Source of the DNA: Octopus sinensis
Lineage: Eukaryota
Direction: 5' to 3'
Assembly (NCBI RefSeq): GCF_006345805.1
Contig: NW_021834228.1
Location: 8,947-72,946, forward strand
Length of the DNA: 64,000 nucleotides
Below the pieces are notes generated by a model, which saw only the letters and a program-made list of their open reading frames with translations, ran no database searches and was not told the DNA's origin. Position numbers and translations under genes: made by a program. This document shows positions 43,076-57,660 of the stretch, in pieces; within the stretch, counting starts at the first letter, position 1; every line of letters starts with the position of its first letter.

Positions 43076-43076
43076 G

Positions 43077-43112
<36 letters not shown>

Positions 43113-43301
43113 ACTGTGTTTGTGAGAGTACCATACTTTTATAAAGAATGCATTGTCAGTAACTTCCCATTTCTCATAGTGATTTATTCAGAGTATTATA
43201 ACTCGACATAAAACAAACATGGCTCTCTATATGCATATACACATATATGTGTATATATGTATATATATATGCGTGTGTGAGTGTGTGTGTGCGTGTATAT
43301 A

Positions 43302-43350
<49 letters not shown>

Positions 43351-44318
43351 GACATTTACGGCCAAATAATTTTAAGTATACGTACATAATATCATTGACG
43401 TGTAATTCAAATATTATGTGCGTATGATATCAGGGCATAGGATATCAAATATACGGTTATGGTATTGCCTCAGGTTTGAGTGGAAGTTTGAATTCTTCGA
43501 GGCGTTAATCTCACCAGTTAAGGTCAACTATTCAGAGCATAGATATTTCTCGGTTATGAGAATTGAAGTTGAAAGATAGGAAGAAATCGCCTTGTACTGC
43601 AGCTATAGCTATTCAAGTAGAAATATTTATTAATTGAAATATAAACCCGATCTAAGATCATCTTGGCAAAATGCCACTGTATGTTCAACACGATTAATTA
43701 TTTATGTAGAGGACGAGGAATTATTTAATTATATCGAAGAATTAAAAGATAACAGAAATATTCTCACCAGCATCAACCCACATATCTAAATCTTAACATT
43801 AACGCAAATACGTTTGCTTTATATGAATGTGATATTTTATATTGCAGTGCTTACTTATAAATGCATTATTTCGCCCACTCAGTTCCTGTGTCAAAATCAT
43901 AGTTTCCAACCAGCAATAAATCATAAATACAAAAAGAAAAGGACAAAACAGCAAAGTATAGGTGTATTTCATAAAGCTATATGTATGTACAACTGCCATG
44001 TTTTCTTAGTAATGCTCAACCGCCCACCTCATTGTAAGCAAAGTGCTAAGATACATCCGAAGCTTAATTATATGACCGAAAGGAATTTTCAGATGTCTGA
44101 TATAGAATAATGCCACGAGCAAGCTGCAGAATTATGGTAATGAGAAATACCAAAAGAAATTCCGTGAAACTTCGGAAATACTATGTTGTACGTTTGCAAA
44201 ACGTTAAGGCATTTATATATATATATAGGAAAAGTTTACGAAAAAAAACAAAAGACGAACACAGATGGTGTACAAAACAAACAGATGTATTAGTATAGCG
44301 CTCAGGAATAGAAAAAGT

Positions 44319-44354
44319 CTTTTACGTTTCGAGCCTACGCTCTTCTACAGAAAG
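44319..44354 (-). ncRNA. Hammerhead-like motif, variant core CUGUAGAA (family 3)
   Basis: CTTT-CTGTAGAA-GAGC GTAG GCTC-GAAA-CG-TA-AAAG. Confidence 0.6.
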
Positions 44355-44418
44355 GTACACAGAAAAAACAAGGAGACAAAAAAAATGCGTGTAGTAGTGG
44401 CTAAAGATCTATCATGGC

Positions 44419-44492
<74 letters not shown>

Positions 44493-44975
44493 CTTACGTG
44501 AAGGCGTGTGTTCAATTCCACTCAGCTGGCAAAAATAAGTAGTACATGTATTTCAAAGGGCACCCTTGTCAAACTGTGTCACGCTGAATCTCCCTAAGAT
44601 CTACTTTTAGGGTTCACGTGTCTGTAGTGTGCTTAGTCACTTGCACGCTGCTTTCACTGGTAAGATGTCCGTTTTCTCCGATATATATATATATGTATAG
44701 AAAATTATATATATAATTATAAGATCGTTAATTAAAATACCGATCTTATCAGCATAGGAATAAAAAGGTAATAATTATTTTAAAATTATAATTTAGGGTA
44801 TCTAAGAGATACCTCCACGCTAGAAATAACAACTAAAACCACATGAAATTGAACATTTACTGTGGCATTAGAGTCAAGTTTTGACTGCTATTTTCAGTGT
44901 GGAGGTATATCTTAGATACGCTAAATTATAATTTTAGATATATATATGTATATACATATATGTATATATATATAT

Positions 44976-45020
<45 letters not shown>

Positions 45021-45026
45021 ACTATC

Positions 45027-45073
<47 letters not shown>

Positions 45074-45184
45074 ATAATAGTGGTTTTATCTCTAATTTTA
45101 ATATAATATAATATATTTATACTATAAAATTGGATTTAATCCTAAATCTAATTACTCCCTGTAAGTTTGGATTTATTCCCTAAT

Positions 45185-45215
<31 letters not shown>

Positions 45216-45909
45216 TATAATATATATAATATATATATATACATATGTAAAGAGAGAGAGAGAGAGAGAGATGCAATAAGATAGATATATAATATTGACA
45301 TATATATATATATATATATACCTATCTATCTCCCTCTCTCTCCCTCTCTTTCTCCCCCTCTCTTTTCCATCTCTCTCTATGTATTTATGTATGTACGTAT
45401 GCATGTTTGCATGTATGTGTGATAAATGTGTGAATATATAACCAGGAAATGTAGACCGGTAGATATGAACTTAAATGTAATTACGTTTGATTTACTTAGA
45501 TGCCTTCTTGATAAATATCAGCGAGTTTCGTTTCCACTCCGACTCACGTGAATACTTATCGCTTCTATATAAACGCATGTAACTGAATGATAATTATCTT
45601 TGGCAGGATACTGACATCGGAGCTGGTTAACCAGTTTCAAATCACGGTTGAGTGAGGGTGCTTGAGTATATCATGGTTTCCATATAAACAATATCATTCC
45701 AAAAAAATCGTGACTAGAAAACAATCGAAGAAATGTTATTCCCACGTAAACGTAAGTCCTGGCAGAGAGCCAGGATAATTATTTGTAGAATTAGTGAATG
45801 AAGATTTTTGCAGAAAATCTTACGCCATCATGCAGAATCTGCATCCTCAAATGCAGGTAAGTCGCAATTGTTTTATGTATAAATTACATTATTGAGAACG
45901 TACATTATT

Positions 45910-46070
45910 CAGGAGTGGCTGTAAGGTAAGTAGCTTGCTTACCAACCACATGGTTCTGGGTTCATTCCCACTGCGTGGTGACTTGGGCAAGTGTTTTCTA
46001 CTATAGCCTCGGACCGACCAAATCCTTGAGTGTGGATTTGGTAGACGGAAACTGAAAGAAGCCTGTCGTA

Positions 46071-46126
<56 letters not shown>

Positions 46127-46345
46127 GTGTGTGTGTGTGTGGAGTCTGTGTGTGCGTATGTGTATGTGTGTGAGTGTAAATGTTTGTGTATCTGTGTTTT
46201 TCCCCCACAATATCGCTTGACAACCGTCCATGTAACTCAGTGGTTCGGCAAAATACGCCGATAGAATAAATCTTGGGATCGATTTTCTCGACTAAAGGCG
46301 GTGCTCCGGCACGGCCGCAGTCAAATGACTGAAACAAGTAAAGAG
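45910..46345 (+). mobile_element. SINE-A with internal deletion
   Basis: Alignment to the other SINE-A copies. Confidence 0.85.
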
Positions 46346-46734
46346 ATACCTAATTGCCTGCGAACACTTACTGGTATGATTCAGATTTTCATTTCGAAAA
46401 TTTTGCGGTGCTATTACAATCAACAAATTTTGCTTCTCGGAGATTCTTTAAAAAGTAAATGGAAGGAAAACCATATGCTTATTTTATGCAATAACTACCC
46501 ATCATTCCGGATTGATAATGGCATGCACTTACGAATCTCTCTTTCACAGATGAGATATCAGCAGCAAGTGTTAAGTGACATCGGAGGCAGTGCAATGTTT
46601 GGCGTACATAGACTGCTAGGTGCCAATTAGAAAAAAAGTGTTATTTGAAAACATTTTGCTTACAACATTCGAATATATATATACATACCCACATACACAC
46701 ATACACACGCAATAAACAAACATACACACACACA

Positions 46735-46794
<60 letters not shown>

Positions 46795-46961
46795 ATCCAA
46801 GGGGAGGCAATAGGAGCAACAGCCACAGGAACACCACAAAATTCAAAGATAGGCCAAACCATGCAAATCTTATATACTAGTTTATATTTATACTCTTTGG
46901 AGCACTTCTACTTCCAGTCCATTGTATATCTTGAGTGTTGCTGTCACTCAAGCTATAACTT

Positions 46962-47009
<48 letters not shown>

Positions 47010-47046
47010 GAGAGAGAGAGAGAGAAAGAGAGAGAGGGCGGGAGAT

Positions 47047-47086
<40 letters not shown>

Positions 47087-47603
47087 ATTGTTAGATATAA
47101 GCGCAGGCGTTGCTGTGTGAAGTTTCTCCCTATCACGTGGCTCTGAGTTCAGTCCTACTCAATGAAATATTGGGCAACTGCTTTCAACTATAATCTCGGA
47201 ACAACCAAACTCAATGTAACCTGTCGTAAATATGTGTGTGCGTTTGCGTGCGTGTGTGCGCGCGCGTGTATGCATATATATGGTGTGGGATGAGAATCTA
47301 TGGAAAGGAATCCCATAGAAACTCAACGAAGAGTTAAAGATGGAGAAGACGTTAAAATTTTAAAATCTTTTTCAAAATTTTACAAGTCCTCACTCCATCT
47401 TCGACACTTCATTGAATTTCTATGGATACCTATCCATAAATACTCATCCCATACTGTATACATGTAATAATTAGATACGTGCATAAATCTTCTCGTCAGT
47501 AAACTACCAACGAAATATGAAGAATCTTTGTTAAAAATCGCCATTTTGGAAACCTCCAAATTGAAGCATGAAACAGAAATCAACACACGCGCGAACAAAC
47601 AAA

Positions 47604-47659
<56 letters not shown>

Positions 47660-47683
47660 CATATATATATATTATATATATAT

Positions 47684-47748
<65 letters not shown>

Positions 47749-47820
47749 ATACACACATATATTATATATATATATTTATATATATATATATATATATGTC
47801 TGTGTGTGTGTGTGTCTGTG

Positions 47821-47930
47821 TGTGTGGAGGCGCAATGGCCAAGTGGTTAGAGCAGTGAACTCGCGGTCGTAGGATCGCGATTTCGATTCCCAGACCGGGC
47901 GTTTTGAGTGTTTATTGAGTGAAAACAGTT
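47821..47930 (+). mobile_element. SINE-C 5' head
   Basis: TGTGGAGGCGCAATGGCCAAGTGGTTAGAGCAG...TTTCGATTCCCAGACCGGGCG. Confidence 0.8.
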
Positions 47931-48005
47931 TGAACCAGTGATACCTACACAATATTTCTCTATCTATTATTTCCCTCTTTCTCTCCCAAATTTTTTCTCT
48001 CAGTC

Positions 48006-48041
48006 CCTTCTGTGGAGGAGTGTAAGCTCGAAACTTAAAAG
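48006..48041 (+). ncRNA. Hammerhead-like motif, family 3 (a more decayed copy is at 50104-50139)
   Basis: CCTT-CTGTGGAG-GAGT GTAA GCTC-GAAA-CT-TA-AAAG. Confidence 0.45.
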
Positions 48042-48596
48042 TGTTTTTCCATACTTCCTGGGCATCAACTATTACGCCTGTTGTGAAGTGTATTGCAAAC
48101 GGCCACATGGTAGGATACGTGCCAGTATTTGAACGTATGATATCTTTATATATAAAAGAGAGGTTGTGTGTCTGCTATACTCTTTCGCCACAACTTTCTC
48201 TCACTTTAAAGACTAAAACAATGCGAAGCACATTGTGACCAACGATGTGTAGCAACATCTGATAGCCTGGTCGGTCATGGTGATCACGGTGATATATATA
48301 GAGAGAGAGACAGATAGACTGACAGGGATAGCGGCTAGGGTATTGCACTTACGATTGTGAGATCGTGGGTTCGATTCCCAGACCATTTGTTGCATTGTGT
48401 TCTTGAGAAATGCACTTCATTTTACGCGGTTCTGTCATTATCTCATCATTTGACAATGTGGCACACGGCAATGTCGATTTAATGGAGGAATTGAGCATAT
48501 GTGAACACAAATATTTGATCCCTATAAATAAATCACCTGTGTGGTTGTTCGGCTAGCAATTCCAAACCCTCATAAGTCGTCTAACGACGGGACAAA

Positions 48597-48745
48597 AGCG
48601 GCGAGCTGGGAGAATCGTGAACACGCCGCTTTGCAGTATTTCGTTTGACGTTACATTCTGAGTTCAAATTCCGCCGAGGTCGACTTATCCTTTCAACCTT
48701 TCGGGGTCGATTAAATAAGTACTAGTTACGCACTGGGGTCGATCA
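48597..48745 (+). mobile_element. SINE-B 5' part
   Basis: GCGGCGAGCTGGGAGAATCG...GAGTTCAAATTCCGCCGAGGTCGAC. Confidence 0.8.
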
Positions 48746-48914
48746 CATATATATATTGCCGATTTATTGTCGATTGATTTTTTCCTTTGTGGTAGCACAT
48801 TGCTCCTGGCTGTTTATATTACATTTTAGTACATATGTATATTTATAAACAGAGAGAAAGAAAAAAACAGAGATAGAAAGAGGTAGATAGATAGATATAC
48901 AGATGTACAACTAC

Positions 48915-48959
<45 letters not shown>

Positions 48960-49435
48960 CGCGCGCGCACACATACAGACACACACACCAGAATAGGTGA
49001 GAGTTATAGATTACAGTAACAATGAAAGTCGAGTGATATACCATGGAAATGATATTCCCGTTTGATATAAGAAGCCCGATAAGCAAATATATCCTGGAAT
49101 GTCATTTTGAGTTCTTTTATAAAATTCAAGAATTTGTACGATTTCAATAGATATAACGGGCTTGTCTTTAAATTTCGAGCAAATCTTATCTTGTGTGCCA
49201 TTGCATGAATTTACACCTATTCACTGATGTGTATAAATATATACATACACACACACACACACATATATATATAAATATGTGTGTGTGTGTGTGTATATGT
49301 GCGTGTGTGTATGTATGCATGTGAGTGTGCTTCTGTATATATTTCAATTTTGCATATATACAAAAATATATACATATATATATATGTGTATATATACGTA
49401 TATGTAAATATATATATATATATGTGTGTATATAT

Positions 49436-49481
<46 letters not shown>

Positions 49482-49530
49482 ATATATATATTATATATAT
49501 AGTATGTATATATATATTATATATATATAT

Positions 49531-49610
<80 letters not shown>

Positions 49611-51789
49611 GATGTATATATATACAGTCATATGCTATAGCTGAATGCAATTTTTTTTGAGCGATGATTCATTGTGCTGCAAGATTCCTCGTGTAGCAAA
49701 GTATGGAAAATATTACCCCCTGAATAGAATTCAGACTCCTTGACGGAGAGGACACTTTCCAGAATCGTAGTTCGTTAATACTTAAAGGCCCTTGGGTGTA
49801 AATAAAGTCTTGTCTGAAAATTCAACCAACTCAGAAAACAATATGTTAATATGAAAAATATTTGTCTCGTCCATATGCCCTCTGGTGCACACTGTGGTTT
49901 CTACTCATACGAACAGAAACACGCATACATACACACACGCAGCTCTTGCGCGCACTAGTTTAGCCGGAACACTGCTAATATCTTCCCTTCATTCAGCCTT
50001 CTTCTTCCGATCGATCATTTCATCATCTTGATCCATTAATATCTACACTATTTTTCTCTATCGATTATTTCCCTCCTTCTCTCCCAAATTTTTCCTCTCA
50101 CACCTTTCTGTGACAGAGCGGAGGCTCGAAGCTTAAAACAGTTTTTCCATACTCTCCGAGCATTAACTAATACCCCTGGTTGTGGCTTCCTCAACTGTCA
50201 TTGTGTTTTGTTTTCTGCAAATTTGAACCATATATAACTAGGTGTCCAGAAGTGAGGAAGGGCAAGCCCCTGATATCAGCTGCGGTTCCACCGGTCCTGT
50301 CAACGTTGGATGGGAGTTTCTCCCCTTTTTACAATATAGCGGGAGAAATATCGTCTCGTTAACCAACTGGATGAGATATCCACCAGGGTGTGGGACAACC
50401 ACGTTGTCTTAGTAACATCTTTTACTTTTTATTATACTTTATATATATTTTATTATACTTTATATATATATATATTAGTGTGTTTCTGTGTGTCCCTATG
50501 AGTTAGATGTTAAGTAACCATGTAAGGGATAATAAATATCCAGTATACTACTGGATGTATAGCTACGTATATACATCCAAGTGATTACTATTTCAAGACA
50601 ATATCACAGTTGTCTACTAGGTATGGGTGTGGTAAAACAAAAATGTACCAAGAATATATAAGGTAAATATCAAAATGGAGATGATAAACAATCGACATAC
50701 ATCAGCCTCGAAACATTCAATTATATCTAATTATTAATTGATTACAATCATATGTGTAAGTGATCCTAATAAACGAATGAATTATGCAAATAAATGATTA
50801 AATAAATATATAAATAAAAATTAAAGAATAAGAAAAGATTAGTGTACAATTACTAAACTCTTTCAAATATCATCGTCCACTTCGAATGTTTCCTACAGTC
50901 TGTTATTTATTTGAAGTTGCTCCGTAGTCGAGAGCTGAAATTTATGCATTCTCACCTCATCGATGTTTCGCTGTTTCGCTTTCAATTCACGATACGGCAG
51001 CGGGTAGTGAGAGGTATATCCTCTATCAATCTACTGTCCCCTAGATTTCGCTGAACAGCCTGGAAAAATCTTGTGAATATGTATTGCCTAAGGCCACATG
51101 GTATATTCTCCATCAATCTATTGTCCCCTAGACTTGGCTAAATAGCCTGGAAAAATCTTGTTGTGAAGTTTATTGCCTAAGGCCACATGGTAGGATTCGT
51201 GCCAGTATTTGAACGTATGATATAGTAAATATGAGTAGATCTCGCAAACTGTTCCACTACGTGTCTCCATCGTAGTATAGATGATGAGGAAGCATTTATG
51301 TATTGAAAGGTCTTGCCGTTACCCTTGTTTTTCACGAGAATGATGAGGTATGGGATGAGAAGTTTAATAAACATGGAAGTTCGTTGTTCGGATTGCGACC
51401 AAGTCAATGAAGATGGCGGTGTTCATCATATCTATTGTTCATCATATCTGTGAATATTATGATGTTCATTGAATATTTCTGATAAAGATCTTATTATTTG
51501 TGTTCATTAAAATCTAGTAATTGATAGGAATATATGAATACTGCTGATTACAGGAGGACATTTGTTTCGTAATAAATGTCTGTAAATTTCTACGCCAGAC
51601 TAATTACTCTACATGATGGAGATTTTTTTTTTTTTGCTGTTGTTTTACATAAAAATATTTTGTAGATGATGATGAGGAATATGAGGATGGAAATAGGGGA
51701 GGGGAAATGATGTTGTTGCCGGTGAGAGGGTACCGGCTATTATAACGGTTTTGATTAATACCATGGACATTGCGAAAATGCAATTCATA

Positions 51790-51858
51790 AGCACGATGAT
51801 GATGAGGGTGGTGGTTGTGGTGGTCGTGGTCGTAGTGATGACGATGACTATGATGAAT

Positions 51859-51898
<40 letters not shown>

Positions 51899-52135
51899 CA
51901 GTGGTGGTGGTGGTAATGATGATGATGATAATGATGATGATGATTATGGCAACAACGACGACTATGAGGACGATGATTATGATGATGATGATGATGATGA
52001 CGATGATGATTTTGATAAAGATCACGATGTCGACGACAAGGACGACAACGATGATGATACTGATGATGATGACGACGACGACGACGACGATGATGATGAT
52101 GATGATGAAGATGACGACGATTATGATGATCAATG
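51790..52135. repeat. Degenerate (GAT/GAC)n trinucleotide repeat
   Basis: Read directly from the sequence. Confidence 0.95.
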
Positions 52136-52636
52136 CTGATGTGGTTGCTTGTATATGTGTGTGTAATAGTGTACAAAGTTCTCATTTCTGCTCTTAATTT
52201 AATTTCAGCAATCGATACAAACACAACCTCCTCCAGATTAGCACAGGGTGTTTTGTATCGAAACAGAAATGTCTGTAGATTTCAATGCGATGCTATTTGC
52301 ACTAATAAATACTTTTGTTGCTCAAATTATCTAATTTCAGCATTATTTGTATGAATGGTTACAATTTTGTATCTCAATTCCAATTTCAATTTGACGAAAC
52401 CTTCAATCATTTACGATAAAAAATTTTCCTTGTTTTATTCAAAGGAATGTGGCCCATGCTGGAGTAGTTCTTCCAATGATATTAGTCGATATCAGTAATC
52501 ATTTTTAAGCGAGGTAGATTTTTCTGTCGGTATCTTATATCCGAACCGCTAATTTGTGGGGACGTACACCCGCCAACACCGGTTGACAAACGGTGGTAGG
52601 AGACATATATATATAGTTTGGTTTTATATTCCCTCA

Positions 52637-52667
<31 letters not shown>

Positions 52668-52760
52668 ATTATTATTATAATTGTTATTATCATTATTATT
52701 ATTATTATTATCATTCAGTGTTTATTTTATTTTTTACAAAGGTATTACATATTTATTATA

Positions 52761-52792
<32 letters not shown>

Positions 52793-52877
52793 TATTATTA
52801 CTATTATTATTATCATTATTATTAGTATTATTATTATTATCATTATTATTATTATTATTATTATTATATTATTATTA

Positions 52878-52904
<27 letters not shown>

Positions 52905-52908
<4 letters not shown>

Positions 52909-53380
52909 TAGTTTTATTTTATTTTTATAGCGTGCTTTCACTTCACTACCGAGCGCAGCTCTGTGTGCCTTGGGTATGTGCTGTGATTTGTTGTGATGCT
53001 CTGATGGTTATTGTATGGAAAGTGTTCTGCGTAGGATGTGTGCAGTGCCTAGTAGTGCAATTTTCTGTATGTTATATGTGTTTGTAAGTCCTGGTGTTTT
53101 GTTATGTATTTGTCTGAATATTTTTTTATCATGCCTATGCACCTACTATGATAGGAATTGTTCTGTTTTCAGATTCCACATTCTAGTTACCTCTATTTCC
53201 AGGTCTTGTATTTGAGAGTTTCTCCATTTCTTTTAGAGACACGTTGTCATCAGCCGGTATTGATACATCAATTAGAAAGCATTTTTTTTCTTCATGATCT
53301 CTGACAACTATATCTGGTCTGTTGGCCTTAATTTCTCTATCTGTGTGTATCGGCATGTCTCAGAGTATGGTTGCTTTCTC
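52905..53380 (-). mobile_element. 5'-truncated R4/Dong-type non-LTR retrotransposon (restriction-like endonuclease domain) in (TAA)n
   Basis: IL*DMPIHTDREIKANRPDIVVRDHEEKKCFLIDVSIPADDNVSLKEMEK...KIALLGTAHILRRTLSIQ* (PD..D motif), stop at 53008-53010; (TAA)n on both flanks. Confidence 0.9.
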
Positions 53381-53459
53381 GTTATTATTATTATTATCAT
53401 TATTATTATTATTCATATTGTTGTTATTATTATTATTATCATTATTATTATTATTATTA

Positions 53460-53495
<36 letters not shown>

Positions 53496-53662
53496 TATTA
53501 TTATTATTATTATTGAAGGTTCCGTGCTGGTAGTGTCGTGAGCAAACCGGGCAAAATGCTGCGCAGTCTTCTGTCAGTAAGTAAGAAAAATTTGACGACT
53601 ATATCCGTAACGTCACACCTACCTCGCATCCGTTCTCTAAAAAGAGCAACCTTAAAAATATA

Positions 53663-53826
53663 GGCGCAGAAGTGGCTGTGTGGTAAGTAGCTTGTTTACC
53701 AACCACATGGTTCCGAGTTCAATCCCACTGAGTGGCATCTTGGGCAAGTGTCTTCTGCTATAGCCCCGGGCCGACCAATGCCTTGTGAGTGGATTTGGTA
53801 GACGGAAACTGAAGAAGCCTGTCCTA

Positions 53827-53872
<46 letters not shown>

Positions 53873-54090
53873 CGTGTGTGTGTTTGTGTGTCTGTGTTTG
53901 TCCACAATAGCATTGCTTGACAACCGATGCTGGTGTGTTTACGTCGCCGTCACTTAGCGGTTCGGCAAAATAGAACGATAGAATAAGTACTGGGCTTACA
54001 AAGAATAAGTCCCGGGGTCGATTTGCTCGACTAAAAGCGGTGCTCCGGCATGGCCGCAGTCAAATGACTGAAACAAGTAAAATAGTAAAA
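53663..54090 (+). mobile_element. SINE-A, full length
   Basis: GGCGCAGAAGTGGCTGTGTGG to GACTGAAACAAGTAAAA. Confidence 0.92.
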
Positions 54091-55144
54091 GCGTATATCA
54101 CTTCCAAAATCCACATGGTTGCTTCTAATGTTTCGAATACCAGGACGACTATAACTAAAAAAGCCATAGGTACTTCTACGATCACTGACATAAATGACAC
54201 CACGACAGTACATAATAAGGAGTGCTAACATCAAAAGTATTACTTCCTTTAGTAGCAGGGCAACATCCCCATCACTAGTCATTACTATTTTGCAAATATA
54301 CGCAATCATAAAAAAAAAGAAGAATCCTTAAATATCTCGTTTGTAATGACAATGTAATATTGAGAATACATTGCTGAGAACTGCGGCAGCATCATCATTC
54401 ACATTAAGAACAGCATTATCAACAGCCAGAAGGGTAATACAAATAAAAACCAGAATAACACCCAACACAAACACTAACAGCAATGAACTACAAAACCGCT
54501 ATGAATAAGAAACATACGGCTTCACTCCCAACGTCACATTCAGCTGAAATCTTCTCCTACCCAATACATCACCGCAGTCGAACAGCTCTCTTTTACTAGC
54601 GTTGCCAAAGGCAATGAAAAAGGATAAAGAAAAAGAAAAAGAACCGGACGACAATAACAGGAAGAGGCGATGTACAAGCGGCGTTCTAAGCTTGTGTGAC
54701 AGGAATAAATAGTTGAAGTCTTCGTTGTGATTGTAAAGAAAAAATAATCAACGGCCATATTGGCTTGTTGGCTTTCACTTGTAGATTAGATCCGTGTGTA
54801 GAATGAGTAGAATCAATGCCACAACTAAGAACGCGCATAAGTACGTATGAAGGTGTTATTGCAATGTGTATGCAATGTTTTGATGTATGTTCTCATTTCG
54901 CTTCTGCCATATATATCCGTCTGTATGCATATTGCGTATCCCTGTGTGTGTATGTATGTGTGTGTACTTGTATGTGTATGTGTGTGTAATGGCATAAGCA
55001 TATGTAATTTTGTGTTTATTACATGTCTATTTCCGGGTAAGTTTGCTTTGCGTGGATAGGTATAACGACAATGAAGTCTCATAAGTTTGATTGAATTCCT
55101 ATGCGTCAGATTGTATGAATATAAATGTATATATATATATATAT

Positions 55145-55193
<49 letters not shown>

Positions 55194-55286
55194 TGTGTGT
55201 ATGTATGTATGTATAGATATATATATTGTATATATATATATATACATTTTTAACTCTGTATGATGTATGTATGGGTCTGTATACAC

Positions 55287-55318
<32 letters not shown>

Positions 55319-55444
55319 TAATACCTATATATATGCATATACATACACGTGCATACATATATATGCATATATATATGTATATATACACACAATATATATA
55401 CAAATATATATATGTTTTATACAAACTTACATACATATACACAC

Positions 55445-55523
<79 letters not shown>

Positions 55524-56466
55524 TAATAGATGTCTGTCTCTTTACTTTCAATTAGAAAACGGAGTGCAAATATGTAATAGATAAGTTATCATGGAATACA
55601 GGAATTCTTGGGATATGGTGCTTCTACTCGTTGAAGTCGCAGATTTTCGCAATGACTCACTCCTTCCTGTTACTCTGTATTCATACTTTCTCTTACACGG
55701 TCACTAACATGCAGAGACACACACAAAGCACACAGCTCATACACAAGGCAATAACACACACACACACACACACACACGCGCACACATATAGATATATAGA
55801 GAGAAGGAGCAGGAGAGGGACACACTGAGATCGTTGCAGACACTTATGGAGAGAGAGAGAGAGAGAGAGCGAAAGAATGACATAAAGCTAGACACGCACA
55901 CGTGACCAAACACCCGCAAGGACCCACACACACACAGATATACATGGTCCCACGTCATACACGCACACATGCCAAGACACACACAGCCACCCTCCCACAT
56001 TCATATAGCCACAACAATTCCCACACCCTTCAGACAAAGCTCCCACACTACTCTCACTTGCACGCGGGCACACACGTATACGCATATGTACGCACAAACA
56101 CACGCACAAACACACACACACACATGCAAGCACACATTAAAGCAAAATCATATTCCTCCAGTCACACGCCCTTCAAACTGCTTCGCTCTGCCTCTCAAAA
56201 AACCCGTCCCTAACTCACCATTAACCAATCCATCAACGCTCACCGCTAAAACACACATGCATAAACACACACACACACATACACACAGACACACATACAC
56301 ACAGACACACATACACACAGACACACATACACACACACTTCCACTCCTCCTCCCACAAACACGAACCTGTCACTGTAGCTGCTGATCCTTCACTACGTCA
56401 GTACACTCACATTTAAAACCGTACGCACACATACAATCACTCACATACATACACACAGAGATAACT

Positions 56467-56695
56467 ATCTCTTCACCACCCACAAGGGGCTAAACACAGA
56501 GGGGGCAAACAAGGACAGACAAACGGATTAAGTCGATTATATCGACCCAGTGCGTAACTGGTACTTAATTTATCGACCCCGAAAGGATAAGAGGTAAAGT
56601 CGACCTCGGCGGAATTTGAACTCAGAACGTAACGGCAGACGAAATACTGCTAAGCATTTCACCCAGCGTACTAACGATTCTGCCAGCTCGCTACC
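56467..56695 (-). mobile_element. SINE-B, full length
   Basis: Alignment to 11917-12137. Confidence 0.88.
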
Positions 56696-56924
56696 AACTA
56701 TTCTCCACACTCACCTTTCCCAAAAAGCACTTTCTCTTTTTCGTTCAACTTTAGGTCATTTTCAAAATGTAAATACCGTTGGAGATATTTTTTCTCCTCT
56801 CTCTTCCTGTGTTTCTTCTCTCCGAAGGAGAGCTATGCTGGAAATTTTAAACAACCACTCTTTCTTTCCTTCCCTGAGCGTTGCAATACTGCAATACTTT
56901 ACATGTGTTACTCCCTTTTTAATG

Positions 56925-56956
<32 letters not shown>

Positions 56957-56989
56957 AGGTTTGGAGATGATGTATAGGTATTATATAAT

Positions 56990-57323
56990 AGAAAAAATGA
57001 GGTAATCAGATCGGATGGTTCATATTTATAGATATTTATTTATATATTACATTGTTTACATATATATCTATCATATCATTCAGATCATATCATTCGGATT
57101 ATTAGCGCTTTCTCCCAATCCAGCTCTAAAACTTCTTTACGTTGTTTCATTAATATTGCTAATATGTTTTTATTTGATTTGAAAACCCCACTGGATTGGG
57201 AGAAAGCGCTAATAATCCGAATGATATGATCTGAATGATATGATAGATATATATGTAAAAATGTAATATATAAATAAATATCTATAAATATGAACCATCC
57301 GATCTGATTACCTCATTTTTTCT
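56990..57323. repeat. Inverted repeat, ~134 bp arms, 67 bp spacer
   Basis: 56990-57123 vs 57191-57323 are nearly identical; 52 bp of the spacer (57124-57175) equal 59155-59206. Confidence 0.92.
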
Positions 57324-57353
57324 AATATATATATATATATATATATACATATA

Positions 57354-57660
57354 TGTGATAGCCTGGGCTTCAGAGGCCCACAGCTCTTCAATACCCTCCC
57401 AAAGAACCTGAGAGACCTGCATGGAGTGGATGCAGATATATTTAAAATAAAACTGATCCTCTTCCTGTCAGGTGTCCCAGATGAACCAACTTCACGACAG
57501 GAGGTGCAGATGAGGGCAGCTGCATCGAAATCTCTCATGCACAAAATGGGAGTTGCTAAAAAGTATTCGTGAAGTAAAATCCTATAGCAGCACCAAATGG
57601 CGGTGCCCCAGCATGGCCACAGCTCATGTGCTGAAACTAGATAAAATAAAATAAGATAAA
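57354..57660 (+). mobile_element. 5'-truncated CR1/L2-group LINE (ORF2 C-terminus + 3' UTR)
   Basis: DSLGFRGPQLFNTLPKNLRDLHGVDADIFKIKLILFLSGVPDEPTSRQE..., stop at 57570-72; paralogue of 19825-20220. Confidence 0.85.

Noticed and set aside
51604-52224. His-rich (minus), Met-rich and Asp-rich (plus) open frames
   Set aside because: Expected from a degenerate (GAT)n repeat; the Asp-rich frame has no start codon or evident splice sites.
53240-53260. CTGATGA...GAAA on the minus strand
   Set aside because: It lies in the R4 ORF (ADDNVSLKEM) and has no stems.
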